This document shows, piece by piece, positions 1 through 12,916 of a DNA stretch of 64,000 bases (the first letter of the stretch is position 1; each line of letters opens with the position of its first letter). The position numbers were made by a program, and so were the translations under genes. The DNA lies in assembly GCA_964016885.1 (NCBI GenBank), contig OZ024743.1:361708001-361772000 (forward strand), read 5' to 3'. The notes under the pieces are model-generated. The model made no database searches and was not told the DNA's origin. It was given only the letters and a program-made list of their open reading frames with translations. The stretch is from Eledone cirrhosa (Eukaryota).

Positions 1-672
1 AGGGAGAAGATTTAACTATCTGCAAATGCAAATCTGCGAATGACCCGTAGAACGTGTTACATTTTCTTTAAAATACACACATCGTACCATCGTCATCCTA
101 GTGGCGTGAATAGGATTATCGACAGCTAGAAATAGCAGCCGAGTCCTTTCAACTGAGTTAGCTCTACAATTAAGAGGCCGTATATATATCCAAAATTAAA
201 TTGTTGAAAATCCGGGATTTGACTGCTGTGATTTAGTGATTAATGGTGAAATATATTTCTTTAATGAAACTTTAATTGGTTACCTACCTAGCTGTGTGTG
301 CTTACACACTTTACAAATGATACCCTGTGATTGTTTTATATATTTGTTTTAGATATATAATATGTTAATCAATTTCTAGTTGATATAAATGCTCGGATCT
401 ATTCATTCTAATCTTTGAACATATTCTACAGTGAATATGGTGCATGTCTCTCGGACATGACACTCTTAATTTAATTTTGTATATGTATATATATACAAAT
501 ACGCACATTTATATATGTACTTACACACACGTATATATATATGGGCCTTCCAGTTTAATTTCACATTATATAGATGTCTGTGTATATTTACTCATTTAAA
601 AATTATGTTTAGGTGAACATTATTTTTTTTTTATATTTTTAAGTGAACGGGTGGTCTAGTTTATTATAAATA

Positions 673-1250
673 CTAGCAGAAAAACCACTCATCGGGTGGT
701 TTTCTGCTGGCATGTGTAGTGTGTATATTGATATTATACGCAGGTATATATACATGTAGATATGATACATCAAATAAAATTGTAATTGACAATATATAAT
801 ACATAGAAATTGAACGAAGACTGTGTTACACTGTCTTATTTAATCAGTAACGTAATCCATGATACATTAGAAAAGACGATATTATATATAAACTGCATTA
901 GGAGAAAATGAGTATGTTTATTTAAGCGATGGCCAACCGGAGGTGTTGACATTTCAGAAATTTTAAAGAAGTGAATCTTTAAATAAACAAAATATATTTA
1001 ATCAACAGCCACGAAATTTAGTAGATCAATTATGTAATATTCATTCATTATTTATTCAAAGTAAGAGGTTAACGTTGCCTTTCATACTTACGGGATCGAA
1101 AGTACCAGTAATACACTGGGATAATTGCTGGCCTTGTGCCAAAAGTATAAACAATTATTTATTCAAAGTGATCCAACTTATTTTACTAAAGGGATAAACA
1201 AATTATAAACCGTACGCAGTCCCGCGCTCTTTATTTTATTATAGTTTAGA
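673..1250 (-). mobile_element. Non-autonomous Helitron (family A), complete ends
   Basis: Minus strand begins A|TCTAAACTATAATAAA at 1250 and ends with hairpin (aaaaccacccg..agtggtttt) + CTAG|T at 673; ends match those of the 19161-24200 Helitron; AT target, no TSD; SINE fragment nested at ~1065-1160. Confidence 0.85.
1065..1160 (+). mobile_element. tRNA-derived SINE, 3' fragment
   Basis: ttgcctttcat..acggg..agtaccagtaatacactgg..attgctggccttgtgccaaaagta matches full copies at 32647-32833 and 42612-42793. Confidence 0.8.
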
Positions 1251-1559
1251 TGAGCCACAGAAACCTGCCATCGGTATATTTTCTAGAAGGGAAATTTCTA
1301 GATACTTCTCCATGGGCCCCTCTGTGTTTCATGTTTGTTTATGCTTGAGGATATGAAAATAAAGGAGTTTTTTGCACATTTATAGATGTGCAAATATCTC
1401 TAACACTCAGTGATTTAATTTGTGGGAATGTACTTCCTTAAAAGAACCTCCGTCGGTTTCAATGAGGTTTGGTCCTGATTCAATGTGTCACTGGGCGTAA
1501 CATCGCCGGCCATTTGAATTACCGGTACAGTCCATCCGACGGGCTACGAAATAGTTCCA

Positions 1560-1682
1560 ATCAACACATCATGGGTCGACCTGAGATTATTGTAATTGAC
1601 ACTTAGCCAAGATGTCACGCAATCGGACCGAACCCGGAGCGCAATGACTGAGAAGCCAAATGCTTAATCATTGAGCTATGGT
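1560..1682 (-). mobile_element. Degenerate tRNA-derived SINE (second family)
   Basis: Minus strand reads tagctcaatgattaagc (A-box-like) ... gggttcggtcc (B-box-like) ... cttggctaagtg; a weaker related copy lies at ~40230-40350 (+). Confidence 0.5.
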
Positions 1683-3273
1683 GCGTCTACACTTCCGTGT
1701 ATAATCATTCTATGTCTGTAACTACTTATGCAGATACACTCACGCACACCCATATATAAATGTATAAGTATACAATATGTAGTAGCAGCTGTCATTGAAA
1801 CTTTAAATCCTTCCTTTTCGTGATACTGACATAAGAGTAAAGACTATCTTCACCTCAATCAATTTGTTGAAAATAAAATCATTGGGTGAGGCAAAGAGAG
1901 TCAGTTATTTCGGTTTTATGTCATTTCATTGAAAGTATTTAAGGTTGTGATTAAATGTAGAAGAGAGTTGCTGGTGACCAATTCGATAAGATACAGTAAT
2001 GAATAGACGAATGGGTTTTCTTAAAATCTAAAAGAAAATCCTCCTTTTCATCTCAATTTTACTGTGCATTCGCAGATTAAAACGATGTATTATAACTTAT
2101 CTTCTTGTGGCAGCTTCTCGCAGCTAGTCTTCAGTGATGTCCCTTTTATACCGACCACTAACTATTCAATTATATATGGTTTAGATATAGGGAAATTTGA
2201 AGTTTTAATACACACGCACGAGCACACACATACACAAAGACGCAGGATATCTATTTAGAAAATATTCACCCAGATACATAAATACACACACACGCACACA
2301 TATATATACATACACATATACAGACATGTATGCCCATATGAAAACATTCACATATACATACATATATAGATTCCGTCTGTCAGTCATAATTACGCTCACA
2401 TATATGAATATGTGTCCGTGTGCGCGTATATTTGTTGATTTGTCTGACATAAACGAGGATTATATACTCGTACTACTCTTTAGTTCGATCAGACCATCAG
2501 CTGTCGTGTACAGTTACTGATAGCTGATCGGACTAAACTACGTTGCTAGTTTTTAATACCTCTTTGCCTCACATAATCTAACATACGAGTCAGATCTCTT
2601 AATCTTTCGGTGTAATATTGTTTTGAACATGTTTAAGTTTTTGCACCACAAAATAAAAGTACACTGAATATCTGACACATCTGAATAATTTGGAACAAAA
2701 CGAAAGCGCCGATTTGCTGGCTTTATTAGATAGAGAGTATTGTGAACTGTATGTAAGATTCAATGGTGAGTGAGAACATTTCCATTGACTAGATAACTAT
2801 GAATAAGAACAGTTTAGATTTGTAAACCTTCTAATTTCTTCCATGAATTCGCAAATAGCTGGCAGGAATAGAGGAAATATTGAACAATAAAAGTAATTGT
2901 GATAACGTTTAACCGGAATCTACTGTGAATTTACTTGTGTTACTTACAATGATGCTGCAAGCAGTGTCCACTACAGAGATTAATTACAAGAGCCATTTCC
3001 AATGAAAACGAAAATGCGCAACTAAATACTGTTAGATGCTTCTAAAAAAAACAAACATCTATATATCTAAAACAGAGATTTTCTATCTGTCTGTTTGACT
3101 CCCTAAAACTCGAGAACCACCCAAGCGATTGTTTTCAAACTTTACACATGTAATACTTATGGTCCTGTGAGTGTTTTGAGAAAAAGAAATTTCAAATGTC
3201 CAATGCCCTAGGGACCGCATTACGAAATATTTTTCGAAATATTTACTTCTGCGTTCACATATTGATTTTTTTT

Positions 3274-3324
3274 AGTTTCAGAAGATCCCGTTAAGGGTGA
3301 AAGCAACGATTCTTTGCTTAAACT
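3274..3324 (+). ncRNA. Hammerhead-like motif, CAGAAGA core variant
   Basis: agttt-CAGAAGA-tcccgttaagggt-GAAA-gca..tgc-TT-aaact; nearly identical to 27651-27701. Confidence 0.55.
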
Positions 3325-3335
3325 TTAATCTGTTA

Positions 3336-3390
<55 letters not shown>

Positions 3391-3392
<2 letters not shown>

Positions 3393-3583
3393 CAAAGGAA
3401 TTGTGGTAAGGAACCAGATGGACCATAACGCACCAGAGTATTCAATACTTAGAGTAGTAGAGTGGGAAATAGGAAAACATATGACCCCGACGACAGAGCT
3501 CAAGCCGTTTCGACGGCTATTTCAGTCCAGAAATAGCCGTCGAAACGGCTTGAGCTCTGCCGTCGGGGCCATACTTTTTCCTA
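3391..3583 (-). repeat. Fold-back (palindromic) short element between (TA)n tracts, half-hammerhead family
   Basis: Near-perfect palindrome plus tail; same family at 5110-5302, 30946-31128, 43605-43725. Confidence 0.8.
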
Positions 3584-3749
3584 TATATATATATATATAA
3601 TTATATATTCGTGTACAGATATTTTTGCATACACAATAACAAAATATAAACAAACGTATTTATTTCACGAGGCTCGATAAGGATAAATATATATCAAATA
3701 TATAAGAACCCTAGAGCCAATCCCGAGAAACGCCGGGCTATTCTCCTAG

Positions 3750-3838
3750 TCTTAACTATAATAAAGAGAAAGGAGTGCGGGACTGCATCCAGAATATAAT
3801 TTTTTATCCAGTTTGTAAAATAAGTTGGATTACTTTAC

Positions 3839-3840
<2 letters not shown>
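3750..3840 (+). mobile_element. Helitron family A 5' fragment
   Basis: TCTTAACTATAATAAAGAG..gcgggactgc.. homologous to the 19161 5' end; abuts the CTAG of the preceding Helitron. Confidence 0.7.
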
Positions 3841-3934
<94 letters not shown>

Positions 3935-3985
3935 ATATATATATATAGAAATTACATGAATCAAAGTTATGTTTAAATCATTTAT

Positions 3986-4034
3986 TTGCTTACAATTGTT
4001 TCTTCCAAACCGAGGTTTGGAGTCTTCGGAGCAA
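3986..4034 (-). ncRNA. Minimal type I hammerhead ribozyme, CCGAAGA core
   Basis: ttgct-CCGAAGA-ctccaaacctcggtttggaa-GAAA-caattg-TA-agcaa; perfect stem I, palindromic stem/loop III. Confidence 0.7.
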
Positions 4035-4826
4035 TTATTCAGTGATTTTTTACATACTTGACCTCCTTTTCAACACAAGAGACATATAGAAACATATGTA
4101 TATATTGACCCACAGTGGCTTGACATCCATTATACTAATATAGCATGGCAATTTACATACAAAGATTACAGTCATATTAAAGGACAAAATTAAAGTTAAA
4201 ATTAAAATTAAAATTAAAATTAAACATTGGCAGTTTACGAAGATAAAGCAAGAAGAAAGCATGGTTCACCAGGCACCCAATGTTGAATCATCGTGGATTG
4301 TTTGATGGACATGTAGTCTATAAATTGCGTTTCCTGGATTGTGAGAGTGGTGGTGTATGCGAGGACAGTGGTGCTGTTTTGCTTCTCATTTGTAATATTT
4401 TTGGTGTTTCTCTACACACGGGCTTCTATATCGTACAGGTGTGTGTGAAAAATGCTTTACCAGTACAGCCCCCATGATGCTCTTGATTGCCTGCTTTGAC
4501 TGCTTGTTTTACATGTAACAATCTGCCGCACTATAAACTTGTATAAATAGGACACGCGTGCATGCCTCACGTGTGACTGTTGCATACACTGGCTACTCGA
4601 AACTTTCCTCTTGCTTTATCTTCGTAAACTGCCAATGTTTTATTTTAATTTTAATTTTAATTTTAACTTTAATTTTGTCCTTTAATATGACTGTAATCTT
4701 TGTATGTAAATTGCCATGCTATATTAGTATAATGGATGTCAACCCACTGTGGGTCAATATATACATATATTTATATATGTCTTTGTGTTGAAAAGGAAGT
4801 CAAGTATGTAAAAAATCACTGAATAA

Positions 4827-4875
4827 TTGCTCCGAAGACTCCAAACCTCGGTTTGTAAGAAACAATTGTAAGCAA
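4827..4875 (+). ncRNA. Minimal type I hammerhead ribozyme, CCGAAGA core
   Basis: Inverted twin of 3986-4034, one stem II mismatch. Confidence 0.68.
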
Positions 4876-5076
4876 ATAAATGATTTAAACAGAACTTTGA
4901 TTCATGTAATTTCTATATAACTGCTCTGTAAAACAACTGATGTTGTTACATTGAGCTATTTATCTTACTGGTAATAAGATAGTAATAAATTACTGTCTTT
5001 CACTATTTAGGGTTTAAAATATATATAACTATAAAAGGTTTTAGTATATACATAACCATAAATAGTATATCCTTAA

Positions 5077-5109
<33 letters not shown>

Positions 5110-5111
<2 letters not shown>

Positions 5112-5302
5112 AACCAGTAAGACCCCGACAGCTGAGCTCAAGCCGTTTCGACGGCTAATTCTGGACTAGAATTAGCCGTCGAAACGGCTTGAGCTCAGCT
5201 GTCGGGGTCTTACTGGTTCCTATTACCCACTCTACTACCTCTAGTATTGAGTACTTTGGTGCGTTATGGTCGACCTGGTTCCTTACCACATTTCCTTCGT
5301 TA
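5110..5302 (+). repeat. Fold-back half-hammerhead element
   Basis: ~115-bp near-perfect palindrome centred at ~5165 plus 80-bp tail; (TA)n on both sides. Confidence 0.85.
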
Positions 5303-6029
5303 TATATATATATATATATATATATAATACATTAACAGAGAAAGCTTTAAGCAATACTCCGACCGGCTTCCGTCTCACTCAACAAACATTAGGATATACC
5401 TTAGTATAATCCCAATTTTACGTTTGGGGTGCTAACTATACGTATGTTGCGGATAGCAAGTTGTATTATTTTATATGAGACATAATTAAAATACATCTCC
5501 CTTTCAAACAATTGTTTCATTATAAGTTTTCTACAAATTAGGAAAATAATTTCCAGCCTACACATAGTCCGTAGGAATATATGTAGGTGGGCACTTATAA
5601 ATCATCAGTGGATGCCCGTCAAACATCGATATATATATATACATAAATATAAATTTAGCAAGAATCGCATATCGGCGGGTATAAACTAGCGAGAAACGCA
5701 ACTTCCGTAATGTGTAGACAAGCGCTCCATGTATATGAAGACACCAGAGCTATAAACATAAGTTAAAGAGGTCATACAATCTGAGACGATGGTTAAGAAG
5801 CCATTAACCACCTGAGCCAAAAAAGCGAACAAGCTAAACGGGTCAAACAAAATAATATATATATATATATATATATGAAGATAACAGATTAGCATTAAGG
5901 GTGAAAGCAGCGATTCTTTGCTTAAATTAATCTGTTATTTTAATAAATATTTGCTCTAGGTTTCTTATATATATTTATCCTTATCGAGCCCTCTTTGGAT
6001 TTTAGTCTTCAAATTTATTATTATTACTC

Positions 6030-7450
6030 TATATCTCTATCTAGGGCGGCTAAAATTCCTAGCTCTCTCTCCGTCTCTGGAAGAAATCGGCTGTGTTCAA
6101 ACCTGGAGATAGATGTGCTCCGCCAGGTTTAAAATGCCGTCGCCCCAACAGTTCTCTTGAATGTTAAGTTCCTTTTCCTTCCCTCTTAGGTATGTTTTTT
6201 TCTCCTTCTGCATTGTTCTGTTAGCGTTCCAAACTCTACGCCTTGTTTTCTTTTCCATCCTAATTCTCTTCATTTATATTATCTTTTGTGTTACTGTATT
6301 AATATTCCTTATCTATAATCTGTCACCTTCATATTTGGGCTGAATATAATTTGTTCTGAATATTTTGTTGTATATCTTATTTGAAGTTATACTTCAGCAT
6401 CTTTGTTTATTTACAGTTTCTTTGTTTTCGATGTTATTCTCAATCCTTGGATATATTATCTTTAAATTTCATTCTAATATGTTTTCTCATTGTTCGTTTC
6501 GGAATTCTATCGTAATGTTAGTCGCATTCGTCTTTTCTCATCTTCTATGGTTGTATTCATCTTATGTGGGGTTTTTTAATGTCCATTTTAGATGATATTT
6601 GTCGGTGGATTTTTTTTAGTTCCATTCTTTAAGTATTTGTTGTATTTTTCTCTATTTTTCTTCTGTTATATTCTACTATGATATTATTCTGTGGTTATTT
6701 TCCATATTTCACCCTTATCTTTAGTTGGAATCCTGACTTCTTCATACGGTTATATTGTGTATCTCACCATATTTGAATATATTCTGATTTGGAGGTTATA
6801 ATGTTTGTTCTCTTTCAGCTTTAGTTTTTGTTGTTTATAAATCTTAATTCTACATTTTGTACTCATCTTTTTTTTCTTTGTTTTTGGTGTTTTTGTTCCT
6901 TATCTTCTTTCGTTTATTTCCGTGCTGTATTAGTCTTTAATTCAATTCTTTTTAATGTACTTTTGTCATTGTTTATCCCAAAATATTGTTGCATCACTTC
7001 TTAATTAAATTATGTTCTTAGCTTGAAAACTACGTGTTTGTATTTGTAATTCAGGTTAGGTGATAATGTTTATTCGTAATCTTATTTTTTTCTATATTCT
7101 TATTTATTCTTAGAAGTCTCTTTTTTTTCGTCACTATTTCATTTGAATTTGATTTTTGGTTTTAGATTTTTTGTTAAGTAAATGTTAATGTGAAGATTGT
7201 TAAGTAAACTGTTAATGTGAAGATTTTCGTATTCCACAATAATCTTCTACGCCACAAATGTTGTTGTTCTGTCTTTATTCAATACAGATAATATATATGC
7301 CCCGTATATTAGTGCCATACGAATTTCTATTTGATATTTACTAGTCCTTAATCGTTGAGTTGTTACACTGGTTTTATGGGTACTGTTTCTAGCATCATTA
7401 TGAATCTATTATTTTATCTAGATATACAGATATTCATATAGTAGATGAAT
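6030..7450 (-). mobile_element. Possible highly decayed LINE-derived sequence
   Basis: Strong A-rich minus-strand skew and (TAA)n-like tail near 6015-6030; no diagnostic RT motif recognised. Confidence 0.25.
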
Positions 7451-7529
7451 TACGCACGCGTGTTATTGCATGCACCATGGTGTTTTATAAGAATAAGGTT
7501 CGTGTACTATCTATTGAATATTATTTTTT

Positions 7530-7650
7530 ACTTCAAATCCCGTCGCGGTTAACTTTGCCTTTCATCCTTACGGGGTCGATAAAATAAAGTACCAGTAATG
7601 AACTGGATAATTGCTGGCCTTGTGCCAAAAGTAGAAACAACTATTTTTTT
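7530..7650 (+). mobile_element. tRNA-derived SINE, 5'-truncated
   Basis: ttcaaatcccg B-box remnant plus conserved body and tail. Confidence 0.85.
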
Positions 7651-8149
7651 ACTTCAAAATTACTGAATCCCTCAGCTGAGGAAACTTTCTTCTAATATCG
7701 GTTGTCTTAATTTATTAAGATAATCAATATTGCTTCTTAACTCCAGAAACTGCAGTTAGAGACATGATAGGAGAGAAAATCTCTTATATTAGTTTTTTCT
7801 TGCTTGTATTCCCCAAAATTAGATATAAGTATGTTATTCTATGTTTATATATATATATATATATACACGGTAGTAATAGTTAAGTGGAAATATCCAAGGG
7901 TAAGAGTACTCAGTCCATAGGACGATTTAGTATAAATAATTATGATCTATTCCTAAAAGGAAAGCATAATCAACCCTAGGCGGTTGTCTTTGTTTTTATT
8001 TTTCTCATGACAGGCTGAATGAGTTGGGGCCTAGAACCCAACGAAACTTGAGTACCTGTCTATGTCACTGTTGTAATTATATATATATGGCTCAGATGTA
8101 AGGATAAGCGAGTGTTAAACTTTGCTTGAAAGATTGCGGGATATGAAAT

Positions 8150-8525
8150 ATAGTCGTTTTGGAAACCTCAGCAATACAGATGGGTAAATCGCCGGGTAAC
8201 AAAATCACTTGTGAGAGAGAGAAGTAGGAAGAAGCATAGAGTGAGACGTAGAGAGCGTACGAAGGTCACGCTTTGTACTTTCTCCGACGCAACTCTTTCC
8301 CCTCGGAAACCTCTCTGTTGATGGATATGAAATCCGAAATATAGGGGCTAATAAATCGTTTCCAAGGTAACTATATCCCTTGTTGTCTTTTTACCCCTTG
8401 CTTACGTTGTTTTACACTCTCTTCTACGTCTCTTCCTACTTATCTCTCTCATCTCACTGCCATCTGATTTTGTTACCCGGAGATTTACCTATCTGCATTG
8501 TTAAACCTTCCAAAATGAGTATTCT
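8150..8525 (+). repeat. Diverged inverted repeat with decayed HHR-like motif (~8311-8347)
   Basis: Arms ~8155-8265 and ~8420-8515; ctgttga-tggat..atcc-gaaa between them. Confidence 0.5.
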
Positions 8526-8644
8526 ATATATATATAGAGAGAATTCACAAGAATCAAAGCTATGTTCAAAGCATTTATTCACTTACAATTGTTTCATCCA
8601 AATCGGAGCATTTTTCAGTGCATGTACATATAATTGACCTCTCT

Positions 8645-9996
8645 ATAATATAGAAAGAATTAGGAAACTATTGCATAAAACTTTCAAAAACTATAACCTA
8701 TGTATCACCATAGACAAAAACACTAAAAACGTTAACTTCCTTGATGCTACCCTTTACCTAGACTCTAAAATATATACACCATTCCATAAACATATACCAA
8801 GTCTAACCACCCTAGATCAATATTAAACTCTATCTCTAAAGGGATATCCAATAGAATCTTTAATCTATCTCATGACGAAACCATATTTAGCAAAAACTCA
8901 CAATACTATAATCAGGCATTAGCTAGATCAGGCCATAATAATGAGATCGAGTTCCTACCTATAAAAACACATAGTTACAACATTATTTCTCACAATATGT
9001 CCATGAGTGAAAATAGTAATAAGAGTAATAACCACACACACACTAATACGAAGGGTAGCAACAAACGTAACTCACACCAGAGAAGACACCAAAATACCAT
9101 AAACGGAAACACCTCAACATATATAAAAAACAAAAATAGAAGAAGAACTAATACATTTTCAACCCCCCTTTCAATCTAAACGTCTCTACCAACCTACCTA
9201 AGGCTTTCTTCTCACTCCTGGATAAAAACTTCCCATCTGGCCACAAGTACCATAGTCTTATAAATAAAAACACCATTAAAATCTTCTACTCTACCACGCC
9301 TAGCATAGCATACCACATAGCTAGTAGCAATAAAAGAAAGATTAATACTTACTTTCAACAAACTAAAACACAGCAGGGGTAAACTTTCAAAACAACATAA
9401 TATCTGCAAACCCTGATATCAATAGTAATAATAGTAATAACACTAATGAAATCAATAACATTAGGAACGACAACCCCCATAGCCATAATGCAATACCTAG
9501 CAACCAGACTTCTACACAACATAATAACTGACAGGTTAACATCCAAAATAATTGTAACTGTAGATCTAATAGAAACTGCCCTTTAGGTAAAAACTGCTTA
9601 ATCAAGGACATCATCTCCTCATGCACGGTCAGAACTAGCAACTCTTCTGGAACCTATATAGGCTCTACTTCGAACTGCTTCAAAACCAGATACAATTCAC
9701 ATCTCAATTCTTTCAAAGAACACAGTCTAGCCAACTCGACTTCACTATCTAGCTACATACACTATCTGAAAACTAGAAATAGATCATATACACTTCAATG
9801 GGAAGTGATAGGTAAGGCGGCATCGTACAAACCACCTAATAAATTCTGTAACCACTGTCTACTAGAGACCCATACTATAATCTTCTCGAACCTTAACCTC
9901 CTTAATAAAAAATCGGAAGTGTTTGCGTCGTGCCAGCACCGCTTCCGACACTCCTTCCAAAACTTTAAACCCAATATAAAACAATGTCAGACTTGA
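8645..9996 (+). pseudogene. Penelope RT C-terminus/linker (frameshifted) and GIY-YIG endonuclease
   Basis: Frame 9550-9996: NCNCRSNRNCPLGKNCL..TYIGSTSNCFKTRYNSHLNSF..STSLSSYI..WEVI..CNHCLLE..LLNKKSE..CQH, typical of the PLE endonuclease. Confidence 0.88.
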
Positions 9997-11460
9997 ACCC
10001 ATCACCGCTTCTAACACCACACCTCAAGGGCATGCCTTACACCACTACACCACACTCTCTAATCCACCCTTCCCTCGACACAAATCATTATATCTATCTA
10101 TAACTTCATACCCTAGAAATATCCCCATAAACACCAACTTTTAATATAATTACTTTCAATTATAATTGTATAGTGATATAATACAGTCTATATAAACTTT
10201 AAATACTAGATACGGCAGTGAATTATATATGCAATTGTAATTAAAGTATGGAGTAATAACATTAGATATATATAGGATTAATTTATTAACATAAGAGATC
10301 TGTCTAACTTATATGTAGGGTGGTGCAATGAATTATATATGAACTATATATGCATGTATAACTTGATGGATAGATTAATGACATTGTAAATGAGGGATGT
10401 ATTTGTTTACCCAAGAGATGTATTTGATTTTATCGTGCAAACAGCCGTACGCTGCTCCATAGCTTACCAGGGGTTATGTAGACAAAATTCTAATTGGTCC
10501 TCTGATAGGTTTTGAGAGTAGACTGTATTTACAGTGAATTTTGATATAAAGATATTGCACTTTGTGTGGGAAATTCAATTATAGCGCTATATAATAAAGA
10601 GTAATCAACTTCCTATAGATACCTTTAATACATTATGATAGAGTAGACTGTATTTAAAATTGAAAATTAGATATAAATATATAACCTTTGATATAAGGGA
10701 CTCAATTGAGGCACCATATAATGTATGTTAGAACAATGAATTTAGTTACGAGAATCAGCTAGTTACCTCTCCTTACGCATTTACTCCCCTTAATTACACA
10801 CCTATTTCCGGAGAATAAACCACTGTAAATTCTCGCAGCAGAAAGAACCTATTCTATAAATATGGATTAAATAACACTGAGCCTCAATACATTACAATAA
10901 TTTAATGCATCAAACATTCAATACGAAATCATCGTAACTAATGTGATGGATGTAAAAACTATAACTTCCTTTTTCTGAATGTGAAAATGGTGGTGGATGC
11001 GAAAACTATAACTTTCTTTTTCTTTTTCTTTTTCTTTTTCTTTTTCTTTTTCTTTTTCTTTTTCTTTTTCTTTTTCTGCACACATGCTTTTTTGATCTAT
11101 ACAAAAAATACCCTACCACTACAACCACCATAATACTCTTGCTTACCCGCGTAAAGTGCTTGCATTACATATAACACCTTGCCACACAATAATCGTATAT
11201 AAATGAGACACACTTGCATGCTCCATGTGTGACTAACGCATACACTATCTACTAGATCTGATTATCAAACTATCCTCTTACATTATTTGTGTTATCTGCC
11301 GCATGTATTTTAATTTTGATTTTGATTTTTAATTTGAATTGTTGTACAAATATAGTATAGTATAATATATGTCACTCCACTGTACATCAATATATATATA
11401 TGTATCTGTATGTCTCCTGCGTTGGATAGGAGGTCAATTATATGTACAAGCATTGAAAAA

Positions 11461-11507
11461 TGCTCCGAAGACCCCAAGCCGAGGTTTGGATGAAACAATT
11501 GTAAGTG
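11461..11507 (+). ncRNA. Minimal hammerhead ribozyme in PLE pLTR, CCGAAGA core
   Basis: tgct-CCGAAGA-ccccaagccgaggtttggat-GAAA-caattg-TA-agtg. Confidence 0.62.
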
Positions 11508-11676
11508 AATAAATGCTTTGAACATAGCTTTGATTCTTGTAAATTCTATAAAACTGCTCTGTAGAACAACTGATGTTATTACATTGAGCTATTTATCTTA
11601 CTGGTAATAAGGTAGTAATAAATTACTGACCTTCCCTGTTTATAGTTTAAAATATACATAACTACAAATAGTATCC

Positions 11677-11765
<89 letters not shown>

Positions 11766-12112
11766 CATGTATGTATGCATGTATATGAATATATATATAT
11801 AAGGAATTACACCAGTCCAGCCTCCTGTTATTTTATAATAATTAACTCCGTACAGGCACCAGCAACAACACAAACGAAGACGGGTGAGATGCATTACGTC
11901 GAGTGCTCTCCCTAATATTACATCGAAATTGACGATACGGAATGACCAATTCTATCCAGTGGTGAACCGACAAACCTAAATAAATATATATATATATATG
12001 TGTGAGTATATATATGTGTATATATATATATATATATAGTACATTATGAAGAGAGAAGAAACATTAGATATAATTAGTAATAAGATGTATCATACCTAAA
12101 CTGCTTCTAAAT

Positions 12113-12202
12113 TCCTCGACTACGTAGTTTCGTGGCATAATCAAAAACAATACATCACAAAGATATAGAATTTGAGTGAGGTCTGCCGACTTATCAAGAG
12201 GA
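12113..12202 (-). ncRNA. Hammerhead ribozyme with U3-A8 core (UUGAUAA)
   Basis: tcctc-TTGATAA-gtcggca..tgccac-GAAA-ctacgtag-TC-gagga; perfect stem I, palindromic loop III. Confidence 0.6.
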
Positions 12203-12678
12203 TACCTCATTAAGGGTTTCAAAAACACGTCTGTAAGACGTCTGTTCATAATGTACTTTATAGCTCTGATACTGGTTCAGTCTAATCCATTCGGATTGGT
12301 TTGTCCCAGTTATTCATAGAGCAACATCGGTTAAGATTGGCACCATTAACTCAGGGATGGGTGTGGATATATTCATGTATATGTGTGTGTCCGCATGTAT
12401 CTGTGTGTTTCTCTATATATATATATATGTACTCACTGAGTGAGAAAATTTGTTCCGAAATTATTGCCAGTGTCCGACGAACCTGCAGTTCTAGAATCAG
12501 ACAGATCAATACAATGATCGTGTTTCGAGCTGTCTGCCGGCAAAACAATTGTAACACACAATAAATTGAGTCCAGATGCATCACTGATTTTTCGTTTTAT
12601 ATTATATCATACTCTGCTCTGTAAGAGCATAGAGTGCTTAACTGGCATACCGCCTATGGAAGCATCATAGCTACCATT

Positions 12679-12755
<77 letters not shown>

Positions 12756-12787
12756 TATTGAAATTTCCGTTGAAAACAGAAAAGGTC

Positions 12788-12915
<128 letters not shown>

Positions 12916-12916
12916 A

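Larger units (their letters stand above)
3058..3749 (+). mobile_element. Non-autonomous Helitron (family B) carrying nested HHR-element fragments
   Basis: A|TCTATATATCTAAAACAGAG 5' end; 3' hairpin cccg..cggg followed by CTAG at 3746-3749. Confidence 0.7.
3946..5080 (+). mobile_element. Non-autonomous Penelope-like element with inverted pLTR arms (3946-4258 and ~4605-4915)
   Basis: ~310-bp inverted repeat, each arm with an HHR; homologous to the 3' pLTR of the PLE at 11190-11684; flanked by (TA)n. Confidence 0.8.
8541..11684 (+). mobile_element. 5'-truncated Penelope-like retroelement with inverted partial pLTR (8541-8640) and 3' pLTR
   Basis: RT C-terminal remnants (VNFLD, SNHP, YNQALARSG), GIY-YIG domain, long 3' UTR, HHR in pLTR, flanked by (TA)n. 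Confidence 0.88.

Noticed and set aside
4280-4477. GIY-YIG-like ORF (HVVYKLRFLDC)
   Set aside because: Only a faint resemblance; YIG motif and downstream residues absent
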